This document shows positions 20,967 to 32,190 of a stretch of 64,000 nucleotides of DNA, piece after piece; positions within the stretch are counted from its first letter, which is position 1; every line of letters begins with the position of its first letter. Position numbers and translations under genes: made by a program. A model generated the notes under the pieces. The model was not told the origin of the DNA, searched no databases, and saw only the letters and a list, made by a program, of their open reading frames with translations. The stretch comes from an uncultured Actinomycetota bacterium (GTDB taxonomy: Bacteria > Actinomycetota > Actinomycetes > Mycobacteriales > SCTD01): NCBI GenBank assembly GCA_963784705.1, contig CAWASC010000008.1:389891-453890 (forward strand). Reading direction: 5' to 3'.

Positions 20967-21998
20967 CTAGTGCTTGGGCTCGGAGATGAGGACCTGCTGG
21001 AGGGCCTCGAACTCCTCGATGCACTTGCCCGACCCGATCGCGACGCTGTGCAGGGGGTTGTCGGTGATGTGCACCGGCATGCCCGTCTCGTGCTTGAGCC
21101 GCTCGTCGAGGCCGCGCAGCAGCGCCCCGCCACCGGTGAGGACGATGCCGCGGTCCATGACGTCACCGGAGAGCTCCGGGGGGCACTTGTCGAGGGTGTT
21201 CTTGACGGCGTCGACGATCGCGTTGACCGGCTCCTCGATCGCCTTGCGGATCTCCTCGGCGCTCACGACGATCGTCTTCGGCAGGCCGGAGACCAGGTCG
21301 CGGCCGCGGATCTCCGCGTGCGGCTCGTCCGGCATCGGGAAGGCGCTGCCGATGGCCATCTTGATCTCCTCGGCGGTGCGCTCCCCGAGCATCAGGGAGT
21401 ACTCCTTCTTCACGTAGGAGATGATCGCGCTGTCGAGCTCGTCGCCGCCGGTGCGGATCGACTGGCTCGTGACGATGCCCCCGAGGGAGATGACGGCGAC
21501 CTCGGTCGTGCCGCCACCGATGTCGACGACCATGTTGCCGGTCGGCTCGTGCACGGGCAGCCCGGCGCCGATCGCGGCAGCCATGGGCTCCTCGATGATG
21601 TACACCTTGCGGGCGCCGGCGGAGTAGGCGGCCTCCTTCACCGCGCGCTGCTCGACCCCGGTGATGCCGCTCGGCACGCAGATGACGACGCGCGGCTTGG
21701 CGAAGTGACGGCGACGGTGCACCTTCTGGATGAAGTAGCGCAGCATCCGCTCGGTGGTGTCGAAGTCGGCGATGACGCCGTCCTTGAGCGGGCGGATCGC
21801 CACGATGTTGCCGGGCGTGCGCCCGATCATCCGCTTGGCCTCGGTGCCGACCGCGAGGATGCCGGAGGTGTTGGTGTTGATCGCCACCACCGACGGCTCG
21901 TTGAGGACGACGCCGCGGCCACGGACGTAGACCAGGGTGTTGGCGGTACCGAGGTCGACGGCCATGTCACGGCCCAGGAAGGAGGCGTTGTTCGCCAT
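20967..21998 (-). CDS. mreB: Actin-like rod shape protein MreB
   Basis: [27 protein letters not shown]. Confidence 0.98.
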   Translation of the reverse strand: MANNASFLGRDMAVDLGTANTLVYVRGRGVVLNEPSVVAINTNTSGILAVGTEAKRMIGRTPGNIVAIRPLKDGVIADFDTTERMLRYFIQKVHRRRHFAKPRVVICVPSGITGVEQRAVKEAAYSAGARKVYIIEEPMAAAIGAGLPVHEPTGNMVVDIGGGTTEVAVISLGGIVTSQSIRTGGDELDSAIISYVKKEYSLMLGERTAEEIKMAIGSAFPMPDEPHAEIRGRDLVSGLPKTIVVSAEEIRKAIEEPVNAIVDAVKNTLDKCPPELSGDVMDRGIVLTGGGALLRGLDERLKHETGMPVHITDNPLHSVAIGSGKCIEEFEALQQVLISEPKH

Positions 21999-22262
21999 GC
22001 GCGGGGGGTGCCCTTCAGCATTCAGGAGGTGTCGGGGGCCGGCGCGGGGGTCTGGGTCCGGCGTGCAGTTGCCTGCGGAGCACCACTGTAACGGCGCCAA
22101 GCCCTCCGGCCGAACCCTCTGATCAGGCTCCGGTGGAGGTCGAGGGTGCGACACGCCGACGGCTCAGTGCTCCCTGAGCGGGGGCGCCGGTGCCGACGGT
22201 GATGCGCCTCACGTCGGCCGGGTGACCGGCCTCACGACGTACGGCGGGATGGACGGCGGCAG

Positions 22263-22673
22263 CTAGAGGTTGGGGAAGAAGATCCCGATCTCACGGGCGG
22301 CGGAGTCCGTGGAGTCGCTGCCGTGCACGAGGTTCTCGCCGATCTCGAGCGCGTAGTCGCCGCGGATCGAGCCGGGCGTGGCCTCGACCGGGTTGGTGAC
22401 GCCCATGATCCGACGGGTACCGGCGACAGCGTTCGGGCCCTCGACGACGAGCGCGACCAGCGGCGCGCTGGTGATGAAGTCGACGAGCTCGCCGAAGAAC
22501 GGGCGCTCCTTGTGCTCGCCGTAGTGCTCCTCGGCGGTCGCGCGGTCGAGGGTGCGCAGCTCCATCGCGACGAGGGTCAGGCCCTTCGCCTCGAGCCGGC
22601 TGATGACCTCGCCGGCGAGGCCGCGGCGGACGCCGTCGGGCTTGACGAGGACGAGGGTGCGCTCGGTGGCCAC
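22263..22673 (-). CDS. ndk: Nucleoside diphosphate kinase
   Basis: [26 protein letters not shown]. Confidence 0.98.
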   Translation of the reverse strand: MATERTLVLVKPDGVRRGLAGEVISRLEAKGLTLVAMELRTLDRATAEEHYGEHKERPFFGELVDFITSAPLVALVVEGPNAVAGTRRIMGVTNPVEATPGSIRGDYALEIGENLVHGSDSTDSAAREIGIFFPNL

Positions 22674-22768
22674 TGCAGTTTCTCCAAGGGTGCTCAGGGA
22701 CGGGCGCGCCAGTGCGCCGGTGCGCGCATCACGCTACCGGTGCCTCCTCCGCGCGAACCGCCCCCCGC

Positions 22769-22828
22769 GTGAACGGATACGCAGGGGTGGCTGGAAGCCC
22801 TCTCAAGGACCCGCGCGTTTCCGTTCAC
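22769..22828. repeat. REP-like palindrome, family A copy 2 (inverted relative to copy 1)
   Basis: GTGAACGGATACGC...GCGTTTCCGTTCAC, same 60-bp span; flank CCCCCCGC mirrors GCGGGGGG after copy 1. Confidence 0.8.
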
Positions 22829-22854
22829 GCGAGAGCGGGAGGGGGGTCCGGCGG

Positions 22855-24183
22855 TCAGCGGACGCGCAGGAGGGTGCGGGCCTCACCCGCGGTGACGACC
22901 GAGCCGGTGACGAGGACACCGGCGCCCCCGTACTCCGACTCCGCGTCGGCGAGCCCGACCGCCCGGTCGAGCGCGTCGTCGAGCCGGTCCTCCACGTGCA
23001 CGCGCTCCTCCCCGAAGATGTCGAGCGCAAGCTCGTGCAGCTCGTCGACCGGCATCCGGCGCGGCGAGCTGTTCTCGGTCACGACCACCGCCGACACCGC
23101 GGGCTCGAGCAGCTCGAGCATGGTCCGCACGTCCTTGTCCGCGAGGCACGCGATGACCGCGACCAGGTGGGTGAACGCGAACCCGTCCCCGAGCGCCGCC
23201 ACCGTCGCCGCCATCCCCGCGGGGTTGTGCGCGGCGTCGACGATGACCGTCGGAGAGGAGCGCACGACCTCCAGCCGTCCGGGTGAGGACGCAGACCCGA
23301 ACCCGGCGCGCACGACATCGGCGTCCAGCCCGTGCGAGGCGCCGAAGAACGCCTCGACGCACGCCAGGGCGACCGCGGCGTTGGCCGCCTGGTGCTCCCC
23401 GTGCAGCGGCAGGAAGACGTCCTCGTAGACCCCGGCCAGCCCCTGCAGCGTCAGCAGCTGCCCACCGACCGCGGTGCGCCGGTCCAGAACGCCGAACTCC
23501 AGCCCCTCGCGCGCGATCGTCGCGCCGACCGTGGCACACCGGGCGAGCAGCACCTCGGCCGCCTCGACCGGCTGCGCGGCGAGCACGACCGTGGCGCCCT
23601 CGTGGATGATCCCGGCCTTCTCCGTCGCGATCTCCGCCAGCGTCGTCCCGAGCAGCGGCACGTGGTCCAGCCCGATCGGCAGCACCGCGCAGGTCGCCGC
23701 CTGCACGACGTTGGTCGCGTCCCACAGCCCACCGAGGCCCACCTCGAGCACCGCCACGTCGACCGGTGCGTCGGCGAACGCGGCGAACGCCATCCCCGTG
23801 AGCACCTCGAAGAACGTCATGGGCGTCCCCGCGGCGTCCACCATCCCGACGTACGGCGAGACCTCGTCGAAGACGTCGGCGAACGCCTCCTCGCTCAGCG
23901 GGGCACCGTCGATGCAGATGCGCTCGGTGACCGAGTCGAGGTGGGGGCTGGTGTAGCGACCGGTGCGCAGGTCGAACCCGCGAAGCAGCGCGTCGACCAT
24001 CCGCGCGGTCGAGGTCTTGCCGTTGGTACCGGTGAGGTGCACCGACTGGTAGGACCGCTGGGGTGAGCCGAGCAGGTCGCACAGGGCCGTGATCCGCTCG
24101 AGGTCGGGGATCATCTTGTCCTCGCTGGGGTAGCGCTCCCCCAGCGCGGCGAGCACCCGCTGCAGGGGCGCGGCCTGCGTCAC
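22855..24183 (-). CDS. folC: Folylpolyglutamate/dihydrofolate synthase
   Basis: HLTGTNGKTS, YTSPHL, EVGLGGLWDATN, DAAHNP, VTGS. Confidence 0.96.
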   Translation of the reverse strand: MTQAAPLQRVLAALGERYPSEDKMIPDLERITALCDLLGSPQRSYQSVHLTGTNGKTSTARMVDALLRGFDLRTGRYTSPHLDSVTERICIDGAPLSEEAFADVFDEVSPYVGMVDAAGTPMTFFEVLTGMAFAAFADAPVDVAVLEVGLGGLWDATNVVQAATCAVLPIGLDHVPLLGTTLAEIATEKAGIIHEGATVVLAAQPVEAAEVLLARCATVGATIAREGLEFGVLDRRTAVGGQLLTLQGLAGVYEDVFLPLHGEHQAANAAVALACVEAFFGASHGLDADVVRAGFGSASSPGRLEVVRSSPTVIVDAAHNPAGMAATVAALGDGFAFTHLVAVIACLADKDVRTMLELLEPAVSAVVVTENSSPRRMPVDELHELALDIFGEERVHVEDRLDDALDRAVGLADAESEYGGAGVLVTGSVVTAGEARTLLRVR

Positions 24184-26705
24184 GGGTTCTTCGGCGGCGG
24201 GTCGCCCAGCGTCACGTCCACGCTCGGCTCGCCCTCGGTGAGCACCAGGTCCTGCACCAGACCGGCGTTGACGATGTCCACCTGTCCGAGCGACACCAGA
24301 GCGTGCCGGTCGGGACCTCCCGTGACGACCAGGCGCGTGACGGGCGTCTTCATCGTCACCTTCGCCTCGCTCTTGGCCTTGCGGAGGGCGCCCAGCACCT
24401 CACCCGCGGTGCCGAGCACCAACGGGTCACCGCCGAGCTTCAGGCCCTCGGTCGTCGGCCAGGGCGCGCGGTGCACCGAGCCCTCGCGCCACCACGACCA
24501 GACCTCCTCCGACGCGAACGGCAGCACCGGCGCGAACAGTCGCAGCAGGACGTCCAGTGCAGTGCGCAGCGCACGACGAGCGCTGTCCGCGGCAGGGCCC
24601 TCGCCGTACGCCCTGACCTTCACCAGCTCGATGTAGTCGTCGCAGAAGGTCCAGAAGAAGGCCTCGGTGCGCTCCAGAGCGCGCGACGGGTCGTAGGACT
24701 CGAACGCCGCGGTGGCCTCCTCGACCACGCCGGCGAGCGCCGTCAGCAGCGCCCTGTCGAGGGGCTCCGTGACCTCGCCGGCGGTCGCCTCCGGCATGCC
24801 GAGCGCGAACTTCGAGGCGTTGAGCAGCTTGGTCGCGAGGCGCCGCCCGACCTTGATCTGGTTGACGTCGAAGGTCGTGTCGGTGCCGGTGCGCGCGCTC
24901 GCCGCCCAGTAGCGCACGGCGTCGGAGCCGTGGGCGTCGAGGTGCTCGACCGGGGTCAGCACGTTGCCCTTGGACTTGCTCATCTTCTTGCGGTCCGGGT
25001 CGAGGACCCAGCCGCTGATCTGCGCTCCGGTCCACGGCAGCACGCCGTGCTCGTGGTGCGCCCGGACGACGGTCGCGAACAGCCAGGTGCGGATGATCTC
25101 GTGCGCCTGCGGCCGCAGGTCGTAGGGGAACAGCCGGTCGAACAGGTCGTTGTCGTCCTCCCACTGCCCGGCGATCTGCGGGCTGAGCGAGGAGGTCGCC
25201 CAGGTGTCCATGATGTCGGGGTCGCCGAGGAAGCCGCCCGGCACGCCGCGCTGCTCGGCGGTGTAGCCCTCGGGCAGGTCACTGCTCGGGTCGACCGGCA
25301 GCTGCGCCTCCGTGGGCACCAGCGGCGCGTCGTACCGCGGCTCGCCGTGCGCGTCGAGGGGGTACCAGAGGGGGAACGGCACCCCGAAGAAGCGCTGCCT
25401 GCTGATCAGCCAGTCGCCGTTGAGGCCGCCGACCCAGTTGTCGTAGCGCGCCTTCATGTACGACGGGTGCCACACCAGCTCGGACCCGCGCTCGAGCAGC
25501 CGCTCGCGCAGGGCGCCGTCGCGACCACCGTTGCGGATGTACCACTGGCGGCTGGTCACGATCTCCAGCGGCCGGTCGCCCTTCTCGTAGAACTTCACCG
25601 GGTGGGTGATCTGCTTCGGCTCGCCCACCAGGTCACCGCTCTCCACGAGCAGCTCCACGATGCGCTTCTGCGCCTGCTTGGCGGTCTTGCCGGCGAGCTC
25701 GGCGTACGGCGCCGGCGCCACCCCGTCCGGAGCCGTCATGCTGAAGCGACCGTCACGGCCGACGACGCTGCGCACCGGCAGGTCGAGCTCGCGCCACCAG
25801 GTCACGTCGGTGGTGTCACCGAAGGTGCAGATCATCGCGATGCCGCTGCCCTTGGCCGGATCGGCCAAGGGGTGCGCCTTCACCGGGACGCTGACGCCGA
25901 ACAGCGGTGTGGTGACGGTCGTGCCGAACAGCGGCTGGTAGCGCTCGTCGTCGGGATGGGCGACCAGGGCCACACAGGCCGGGAGCAGCTCAGGACGGGT
26001 CGTCTCGATGAACACCGGGTCGCCGTCGGGCCTCGCGAACCCGATGCGGTGGTAGGCGCCGGGCATCTCCCGGTCCTCGAGCTCGGCCTGGGCCACGGCG
26101 GTGCGGAAGTCGACGTCCCAGAGCGTCGGCGCCTCCTGCGCGTAGGCCTCACCGCGCGCGAGGTTGCGCAGGAACGCGCGCTGCGCGGCGCGTCGGCTCC
26201 GGTCGTCGATCGTGGCGTAGGTCTGCTTCCAGTCCACGCTCAGCCCGAGCTGGCGGAAGACCTTCTCGAAGACCTGCTCGTCCTGCGCGGTCAGCACGTG
26301 GCAGAGCTCGACGAAGTTGCGCCGGCTGATCGCGACCTGGTCCTTGCCCGGCTCCTCCGGAGCGGTGAAGTCCGGGTCGTACGGCACGCTGGGGTCGCAG
26401 CGCACGCCGTAGTAGTTCTGCACCCGGCGCTCGGTCGGCAGGCCGTTGTCGTCCCACCCCATCGGGTAGAACACCGACTTCCCGGTCATCCGCTGGAAGC
26501 GCGCCACCACGTCCGTCGCGGTGTAGCTGAACACGTGCCCAACGTGCAGCGAGCCGCTGACCGTCGGCGGCGGGGTGTCGATCGCGTAGACGTCGGCGCG
26601 CAGCGCCGTGCGGTCGAACGCGTACGTCTGGTGGTCCTCCCAGACCTGGTCCCACTTGCTCTCGAGTCCGTCGAGGGTGGGGCGCTCAGGCATGTTGGTG
26701 GTCAC
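24180..26705 (-). CDS. valS: Valine--tRNA ligase
   Basis: PPPTVSGSLHVGH, DWLISRQR, KMSKS; GTG start 7 nt after TAGACT. Confidence 0.97.
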   Translation of the reverse strand: MTTNMPERPTLDGLESKWDQVWEDHQTYAFDRTALRADVYAIDTPPPTVSGSLHVGHVFSYTATDVVARFQRMTGKSVFYPMGWDDNGLPTERRVQNYYGVRCDPSVPYDPDFTAPEEPGKDQVAISRRNFVELCHVLTAQDEQVFEKVFRQLGLSVDWKQTYATIDDRSRRAAQRAFLRNLARGEAYAQEAPTLWDVDFRTAVAQAELEDREMPGAYHRIGFARPDGDPVFIETTRPELLPACVALVAHPDDERYQPLFGTTVTTPLFGVSVPVKAHPLADPAKGSGIAMICTFGDTTDVTWWRELDLPVRSVVGRDGRFSMTAPDGVAPAPYAELAGKTAKQAQKRIVELLVESGDLVGEPKQITHPVKFYEKGDRPLEIVTSRQWYIRNGGRDGALRERLLERGSELVWHPSYMKARYDNWVGGLNGDWLISRQRFFGVPFPLWYPLDAHGEPRYDAPLVPTEAQLPVDPSSDLPEGYTAEQRGVPGGFLGDPDIMDTWATSSLSPQIAGQWEDDNDLFDRLFPYDLRPQAHEIIRTWLFATVVRAHHEHGVLPWTGAQISGWVLDPDRKKMSKSKGNVLTPVEHLDAHGSDAVRYWAASARTGTDTTFDVNQIKVGRRLATKLLNASKFALGMPEATAGEVTEPLDRALLTALAGVVEEATAAFESYDPSRALERTEAFFWTFCDDYIELVKVRAYGEGPAADSARRALRTALDVLLRLFAPVLPFASEEVWSWWREGSVHRAPWPTTEGLKLGGDPLVLGTAGEVLGALRKAKSEAKVTMKTPVTRLVVTGGPDRHALVSLGQVDIVNAGLVQDLVLTEGEPSVDVTLGDPPPKNP

Positions 26706-26766
26706 CCGGTCGAGTCTAGGGAGCGCCGCCACCGGGTTCCCCGGTCGCTTCTCCTACGCTGCGCGC

Positions 26767-27525
26767 GTGCGCACCACGCCCCTCGAGCAACCGATCGACC
26801 TCGACGACCGCTGGTCGATCGGCGGCAAGCCGCACGGCGGCTACCTGCTGCGCGAGGTGGTGCGCCCGGTCCTGGACGACCAGCACCCGCACCCGCTGGC
26901 GGTGAGCGCGCACTTCCTGCACTCCCCCGACCCCGGCCCGGCAGCCGTCGAGGTCACCACGCTGCGCGTCGGTCGGCGGGTCAGCCAGCACCGCGCGCGG
27001 CTGCTCCAAGGCGACCGGAGCATCGTGGAGGTGCTCGTCACCAGCGGGCACCTGGACACCGGCGCCACGCCGTACTGGTCGCGCCACACCGCACCGTCGC
27101 TGCCTGCGCTCGAGGCGTGCGCGCGGACGCCGGCCGAGCCGGTACCGGGGTTCCGGGTCGGTCACCTGGAGTTCGTGGACGTGCGCCCCCCTGCGGAGCT
27201 CGCGGCCTTCCGGTCGGACAGCCCGACCCCGGGGCACGTCGCGGCGCACCTGCAGATGGACGGCGCACCGACGACCCCGCTCGACCTGCTGGTGCTCGCC
27301 GACGCGCTCCAGCCGGTGCCGATGGGCATGGGCGTGCCGGGGTGGTTCCCGACCGTCGAGCTGACCGTGCTGGTGCGCGCCGTGCCCGCTCCGGGCTGGC
27401 TGGTCGGCGAGCAGACCGCCTCCCTGCTGCAGGACGGCTGGTTCGACGAGGACTGCTCGCTGTGGGACAGCACCGGCCGGCTGGTCTGCCAGTCCCGCCA
27501 GCTCGCCGGCTACCGCCTGGCCTGA
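26767..27525 (+). CDS. Double hot-dog thioesterase family protein
   Basis: WSIGGKPHGGY, SAHFL, PTVELTV, LWDSTGRLVCQSRQ. Confidence 0.85.
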   Translation: MRTTPLEQPIDLDDRWSIGGKPHGGYLLREVVRPVLDDQHPHPLAVSAHFLHSPDPGPAAVEVTTLRVGRRVSQHRARLLQGDRSIVEVLVTSGHLDTGATPYWSRHTAPSLPALEACARTPAEPVPGFRVGHLEFVDVRPPAELAAFRSDSPTPGHVAAHLQMDGAPTTPLDLLVLADALQPVPMGMGVPGWFPTVELTVLVRAVPAPGWLVGEQTASLLQDGWFDEDCSLWDSTGRLVCQSRQLAGYRLA

Positions 27526-27542
27526 CGTCGCGCCGCCGCTCT

Positions 27543-27595
27543 CGAACGTTGCGGGTACATCGCCACCGATGAGCGTGGAACACCCGCAAGGTTCG
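27543..27595. repeat. REP-like palindrome, family B, between convergent genes
   Basis: CGAACGTTGCGGGT ... ACCCGCAAGGTTCG (13/14 complementary). Confidence 0.6.
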
Positions 27596-27635
27596 CGCAG
27601 GCTGGTGGGCCGTGCAGGTACGGCGGAGCCGTCGG

Positions 27636-28925
27636 TCAGGCGGACTTCTCGCGGCGCTCGCGGCGGGCGGGCGTCGAGGCGTCCCGCGGGACGAGCGTGG
27701 GGTTGACGTGCTCGAGCACGACCTCGCGGGTGACCACGCAGGTGGCGATGTCGCCCTGGCTCGGGATGTCGTACATCACCGAGAGCAGCACCTCCTCCAT
27801 GATCGCGCGCAGGCCACGCGCGCCGGTGCCGCGCTTGATGGCCTGGTCGGCGATGGCCTCGAGCGCATCAGGGGTGAACTCGAGGTCCACGCCGTCGAGC
27901 TCGAACAGGCGGGCGTACTGCTTGACCAGCGCGTTCTTCGGCTCGGTGAGGATCCGGATGAGCGCCTCGCGGTCGAGGTTCGCGACGCTGGTGAGCACCG
28001 GCAGGCGGCCGATGAACTCGGGGATCATGCCGTACTTGAGCAGGTCCTCGGGCATCGCGTCACCGAAGACGTTGTTGGCGTCGACCTCGTGCTTGGAGTG
28101 CAGGTCGGCGCCGAAGCCGATGGACTTGCGACCGATGCGCTGCTCGATCACCTTGTCGAGGCCGGCGAAGGCGCCACCGACGATGAACAGCACGTTGGTG
28201 GTGTCGATCTGGATGAACTCCTGGTGCGGGTGCTTGCGGCCGCCCTGCGGTGGGACGCTGGCCGTCGTGCCCTCGAGGATCTTCAGCAGCGCCTGCTGCA
28301 CGCCCTCGCCGGACACGTCGCGGGTGATCGACGGGTTCTCCGACTTCCGGGCGATCTTGTCGACCTCGTCGATGTAGATGATCCCGGTCTCGGCCTTCTT
28401 GACGTCGTAGTCGGCCGCCTGGATGAGCTTGAGCAGGATGTTCTCGACGTCCTCCCCGACGTACCCGGCCTCGGTGAGGGCGGTGGCGTCGGCGATGGCG
28501 AACGGGACGTTGAGCATCTTGGCCAGGGTCTGGGCCAGCAGGGTCTTGCCGCAGCCGGTGGGGCCGAGCAGCAGGATGTTGGACTTCTGCAGCTCGACCG
28601 GGTCGGCGCCCTTGTGACCCTCGGCGGAGCCGGCCTGCACGCGCTTGTAGTGGTTGTAGACCGCGACGGCGAGGGTGCGCTTGGCCACGTCCTGGCCGAT
28701 CACGTAGCCGTCGAGGAACTCGAAGATCTCCTTCGGCTTCGGCAGCTCGTCGAACTTCAGCTCCGAGGACTCGCTGAGCTCCTCCTCGATGATCTCGTTG
28801 CACAGGTCGATGCACTCGTCGCAGATGTACACCCCTGGCCCGGCGATGAGCTTCTTGACCTGCTTCTGGCTCTTCCCGCAGAACGAGCACTTGAGCAGGT
28901 CGCCGCCGTCACCGATGCGTGCCAC
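27636..28925 (-). CDS. clpX: ATP-dependent Clp protease ATP-binding subunit ClpX
   Basis: CSFCGK zinc finger, [21 protein letters not shown]. Confidence 0.99.
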   Translation of the reverse strand: MARIGDGGDLLKCSFCGKSQKQVKKLIAGPGVYICDECIDLCNEIIEEELSESSELKFDELPKPKEIFEFLDGYVIGQDVAKRTLAVAVYNHYKRVQAGSAEGHKGADPVELQKSNILLLGPTGCGKTLLAQTLAKMLNVPFAIADATALTEAGYVGEDVENILLKLIQAADYDVKKAETGIIYIDEVDKIARKSENPSITRDVSGEGVQQALLKILEGTTASVPPQGGRKHPHQEFIQIDTTNVLFIVGGAFAGLDKVIEQRIGRKSIGFGADLHSKHEVDANNVFGDAMPEDLLKYGMIPEFIGRLPVLTSVANLDREALIRILTEPKNALVKQYARLFELDGVDLEFTPDALEAIADQAIKRGTGARGLRAIMEEVLLSVMYDIPSQGDIATCVVTREVVLEHVNPTLVPRDASTPARRERREKSA

Positions 28926-29061
28926 CGCTACCTCGTCCCCGTCGTTGGTGTGCCAGATGTGCCGTGATGTGACCTGTCGCACCCCCGACGGTACCGCCTG
29001 ACGGGGTCCTTCCGTACCTCTATCGGCCGACACGCGGCCCGAACAAGAGCTTCGCGCGCGC

Positions 29062-29700
29062 TCAGGTGGAGCTGAGGACCGCCGTCTTGCGGGTGCTGAC
29101 GACCTCGTCGATGAGCCCGTACTCGACGGCCTCGGCGGCCGTGAGGATCTTGTCGCGCTCGATGTCCTTGCGAACCTCGTCCGCGGGCCGGCCGGTGTGG
29201 TCCGACAGCATCTTCTCGAGCAGGTCGCGCATGCGCATGATCTCGCGCGCCTGGATCTCGATGTCCGAGGACTGCCCCTCCCCGCCACCGCTGGGCTGGT
29301 GGATGAGCACGCGGGCGTGCTGCAGCGCGAGGCGCTTGCCCTTCGTCCCGGCGGCGAGCAGCACGGCAGCGGCGGAGGCGGCCTGCCCCATGCAGATCGT
29401 CTGGATCTCGGGCTTGACGAACTGCATCGTGTCGTAGATCGCGGTCAGCGCGGTGAACGAGCCACCGGGGCTGTTGATGTAGATGGAGATGTCGCGGTCC
29501 GGGTCCTCGGACTCGAGGTGCAGCATCTGCGCCATGACGACGTTGGCGACGCCGTCGTCGATCGGGGTGCCCAGGAAGATGATGCGCTCCTTGAGCAGGC
29601 GGCTGTAGATGTCGAAGGAGCGCTCCCCGCGGGAGGTCTGCTCGATGACGATCGGGATGGTGTAGTTCGTCGGGTCGGAGAAGTGTGATCCGTAGCTCAT
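29062..29700 (-). CDS. clpP: Clp protease proteolytic subunit (ClpP2)
   Basis: [21 protein letters not shown]. Confidence 0.97.
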   Translation of the reverse strand: MSYGSHFSDPTNYTIPIVIEQTSRGERSFDIYSRLLKERIIFLGTPIDDGVANVVMAQMLHLESEDPDRDISIYINSPGGSFTALTAIYDTMQFVKPEIQTICMGQAASAAAVLLAAGTKGKRLALQHARVLIHQPSGGGEGQSSDIEIQAREIMRMRDLLEKMLSDHTGRPADEVRKDIERDKILTAAEAVEYGLIDEVVSTRKTAVLSST

Positions 29701-29713
29701 GACGATGCTCTTC

Positions 29714-30376
29714 CTATGCCCGGGTGCCGGCGCCGGACGGGACGTCCTTGGCAGCGGTGATGACGTGGTCGATGAAGCCGTACTCCTTGGCCTCGGCAGC
29801 CGAGAACCAGCGGTCCCGGTCGGAGTCCTTCTCGATCTGCTCCTCGGTCTGGCCGGTGTGGAACGCGATCCGCTCGGCCATCTGCTTCTTCACGTAGAGC
29901 ATCTGCTCGGCCTGGATGGCGATGTCCGCCGCCGTCCCGCCGATGCCGCCGGAGGGCTGGTGCATCATGATCCGCGCGTGCGGGGTGGCGTAGCGCTTGC
30001 CCTTCGCGCCGGCGCAGAGCAGGAACTGCCCCATGCTGGCCGCGAGCCCGAGGCCGACCGTGGCCACGTCGTTGGCCACGAACTGCATCGTGTCGTAGAT
30101 CGCCATGCCGGCGCTGATCGAGCCACCGGGGCTGTTGATGTAGAGGAAGATGTCGCGGTCCGGGTCCTCGGCGGCGAGCAGCAGCAGCTGGGCGCAGATG
30201 GCGTTGGCCATCGAGTCCTCGACCTGCGTGCCCATGAAGATGATGCGCTCCTTGAGCAGGCGGTTGAACACCTGGTCGTCGAGGCCGTTGGACCCCATCG
30301 GCGTGCGCGCGACCGGTGAGCTCGCGCCCAGGGTGCTCGGGACCGGCAGGTGGAGGCCGGAATCAGTGCGGGTCAC
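29714..30376 (-). CDS. clpP: Clp protease proteolytic subunit (ClpP1)
   Basis: [32 protein letters not shown]; exact start uncertain. Confidence 0.96.
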   Translation of the reverse strand: MTRTDSGLHLPVPSTLGASSPVARTPMGSNGLDDQVFNRLLKERIIFMGTQVEDSMANAICAQLLLLAAEDPDRDIFLYINSPGGSISAGMAIYDTMQFVANDVATVGLGLAASMGQFLLCAGAKGKRYATPHARIMMHQPSGGIGGTAADIAIQAEQMLYVKKQMAERIAFHTGQTEEQIEKDSDRDRWFSAAEAKEYGFIDHVITAAKDVPSGAGTRA

Positions 30377-30478
30377 GGCGGAAGCCCTTCCCTCGAGGTC
30401 TCGCGGGACCTGGTACGGCCCGCGTCTGTCACGGACCCTAACCCTGTCATCGGTCACGACACTCCGCTCCGGGACCGA

Positions 30479-30496
30479 CTACGCCGTAGGCGAAAG
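30479..30496 (-). promoter_or_regulatory. ClgR-type operator upstream of clpP1P2
   Basis: Minus strand TTCGC-CTACG-GCGTAG (CGC-N5-GCG), about 40 nt upstream of a TAGGGT -10 element. Confidence 0.6.
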
Positions 30497-30527
30497 CCGA
30501 TCCACCCGGCGCCTCCCCGCGGGGTAC

Positions 30528-30570
30528 GACGAAGGCCGCCCTCACCCGGGGGTGGGAGCGGCCCTGCGTC
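30528..30570 (-). terminator. Hairpin downstream of tig
   Basis: Imperfect inverted repeat GACGAAGGCCGC...GCGGCCCTGCGTC. Confidence 0.5.
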
Positions 30571-30625
30571 GGTGCCTCACGGCTGGTGCTCTGGCGCTGG
30601 TGCCTGGTGCTGCTGGCGCTGGTGC

Positions 30626-32050
30626 CTAGTGCTGGTGGTCGTCCTCGTCGAGGTAGTGGATCGTGCCGTCGCCGTGCACGTGGTACGGACGACCGTCCTC
30701 GTCCTCCTCGACCTCGGCCTCCGGCGACTCCATGTCGTCGCGCAGCTGCTCGAGGTCGACCGTGGCGCCGGACGCATCGTTGATCGTGGCGGACTCCATG
30801 ACGGTGGCGAGCGCCTTGCCGCGGCGCACCTCGGCGACCAGGCCGGCGAGCTGTCCGCTCTGCACGAGGCGGTTGGCGAAGTCCTGCGGGGCCAGCCCGG
30901 CCCGCGCGGCCCGGCGGATGAGCTGGTCGTTGAGCTCCGCGTCGGTGATCTGCAGCTCCTCGGCGTCGGCGACGGCGTCGAGCACGAGCTGCGACTTCAC
31001 CGCCTGCTCCGCGCCCTCCTTGAGCTCGGTGTCCCACTCCTCGGCGGTCTTGCCCTGCTCGGCCAGGAACTGCTCCATCGTCTGACCGGCGCGCGTGAGC
31101 TGGTCCTCCGTGGTCTGCGTGCGCCACGCGAGCTCGGCGGCGAGCACCGACTCGGGCAGCGGGATGTCGACGGCCGCGAGCAGCGCGTCCAGCACCTTGT
31201 CGCGGGCCTCGACCCCCTGCTGGAGGCGCTTGACCCGGTCGATGCGCGTGCGGACGTCGGCCTTGAGCTCCTCGAGGCTCTCGAACCCGGCGGCCTGCGA
31301 GGCCCACGCGTCGTCGGCGTCGGGCAGGGTGCGCTCGTTCACGCTGCGCACCGTCACCGCGACGTCGGCGGTCTGGCCGGCCAGGTCGCCGGCGACGAGG
31401 TCGGTCTGGAACGTCCGGGCGTCACCGGCCTGCGCACCGCGCACGGCCTCGTCGATGCCGTCGAGCAGCTGGCCGGAGCCGACCTCGTAGGACAGGCCCT
31501 GGGCGGTCCCGCCCGGCACCTCCTCGCCGTCGATCGTGGCGGCCAGGTCCAGCGACACGAAGTCGCCGTCGACCGCGGCGCGCTCGACCGGCGTCAGGGA
31601 CGCGAACCGCTCGCGCAGGGCGTCGAGCTGCTCGGTGACGTCGTCGTCGCTCACGACCACGTCGTCGACCGTGACGTTCAGGCCGTCGTACGCCGGGAGC
31701 GTGAAGTCGGGGCGGACGTCGACCTCGGCCGTGAAGGCCAGCTTCACCTTGTCGTCGAGCTCGGTGACCTCGACATCAGGACGGCTCACCGGCGAGACCT
31801 TGCTGGACTCGACGGCCTCGCCGTACAGGCGCGGGATCGCCTCGTTGACGGCCTCCTCGAGGACGACGCCACGCCCGACGCGCTGGTCGAGGATGCGCGG
31901 TGGCACCTTGCCGGGCCGGAAGCCCTGGACCTTCACCTGCTGCCCGATGGTCCGGTAGGCACGGTCCAGCTCGGGCTTGAGCTCGTCGAAGCCGGCCTCG
32001 ATCGTCAGCTTCACCCTGGTGGGGCTCAGGGTCTCGACAGAGCTCTGCAC
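30626..32050 (-). CDS. tig: Trigger factor
   Basis: VETLSPTRVKL, GFRPGKVP, FKBP domain, EVRRGKAL. Confidence 0.97.
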   Translation of the reverse strand: MQSSVETLSPTRVKLTIEAGFDELKPELDRAYRTIGQQVKVQGFRPGKVPPRILDQRVGRGVVLEEAVNEAIPRLYGEAVESSKVSPVSRPDVEVTELDDKVKLAFTAEVDVRPDFTLPAYDGLNVTVDDVVVSDDDVTEQLDALRERFASLTPVERAAVDGDFVSLDLAATIDGEEVPGGTAQGLSYEVGSGQLLDGIDEAVRGAQAGDARTFQTDLVAGDLAGQTADVAVTVRSVNERTLPDADDAWASQAAGFESLEELKADVRTRIDRVKRLQQGVEARDKVLDALLAAVDIPLPESVLAAELAWRTQTTEDQLTRAGQTMEQFLAEQGKTAEEWDTELKEGAEQAVKSQLVLDAVADAEELQITDAELNDQLIRRAARAGLAPQDFANRLVQSGQLAGLVAEVRRGKALATVMESATINDASGATVDLEQLRDDMESPEAEVEEDEDGRPYHVHGDGTIHYLDEDDHQH

Positions 32051-32089
32051 AGCGATAGGTCCTCTCGGGCAAGCAACAAAGGTGGGGAG

Positions 32090-32162
32090 TCGGGGCGGCG
32101 GGACTCGAACCCGCGGTCTCCTGCTCCCAAAGCAGGCGCGCTAGCCACTACGCTACGCCCCG
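32090..32162 (-). tRNA. tRNA-Pro(TGG), CCA not encoded
   Basis: CGGGGCG/CGCCCCG acceptor stem, anticodon arm CCTGC-TT-TGG-GA-GCAGG, GTTCGAG T-loop. Confidence 0.96.
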
Positions 32163-32190
32163 CGAACGCCGGCCCACTCTACGGGCAGCG

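Noticed and set aside
26705-26770. T-box or riboswitch upstream of valS, or c-di-GMP riboswitch in flagellar leaders
   Set aside because: valS appears leaderless with only ~60 nt of intergenic DNA; no riboswitch consensus recognised in the flagellar leaders
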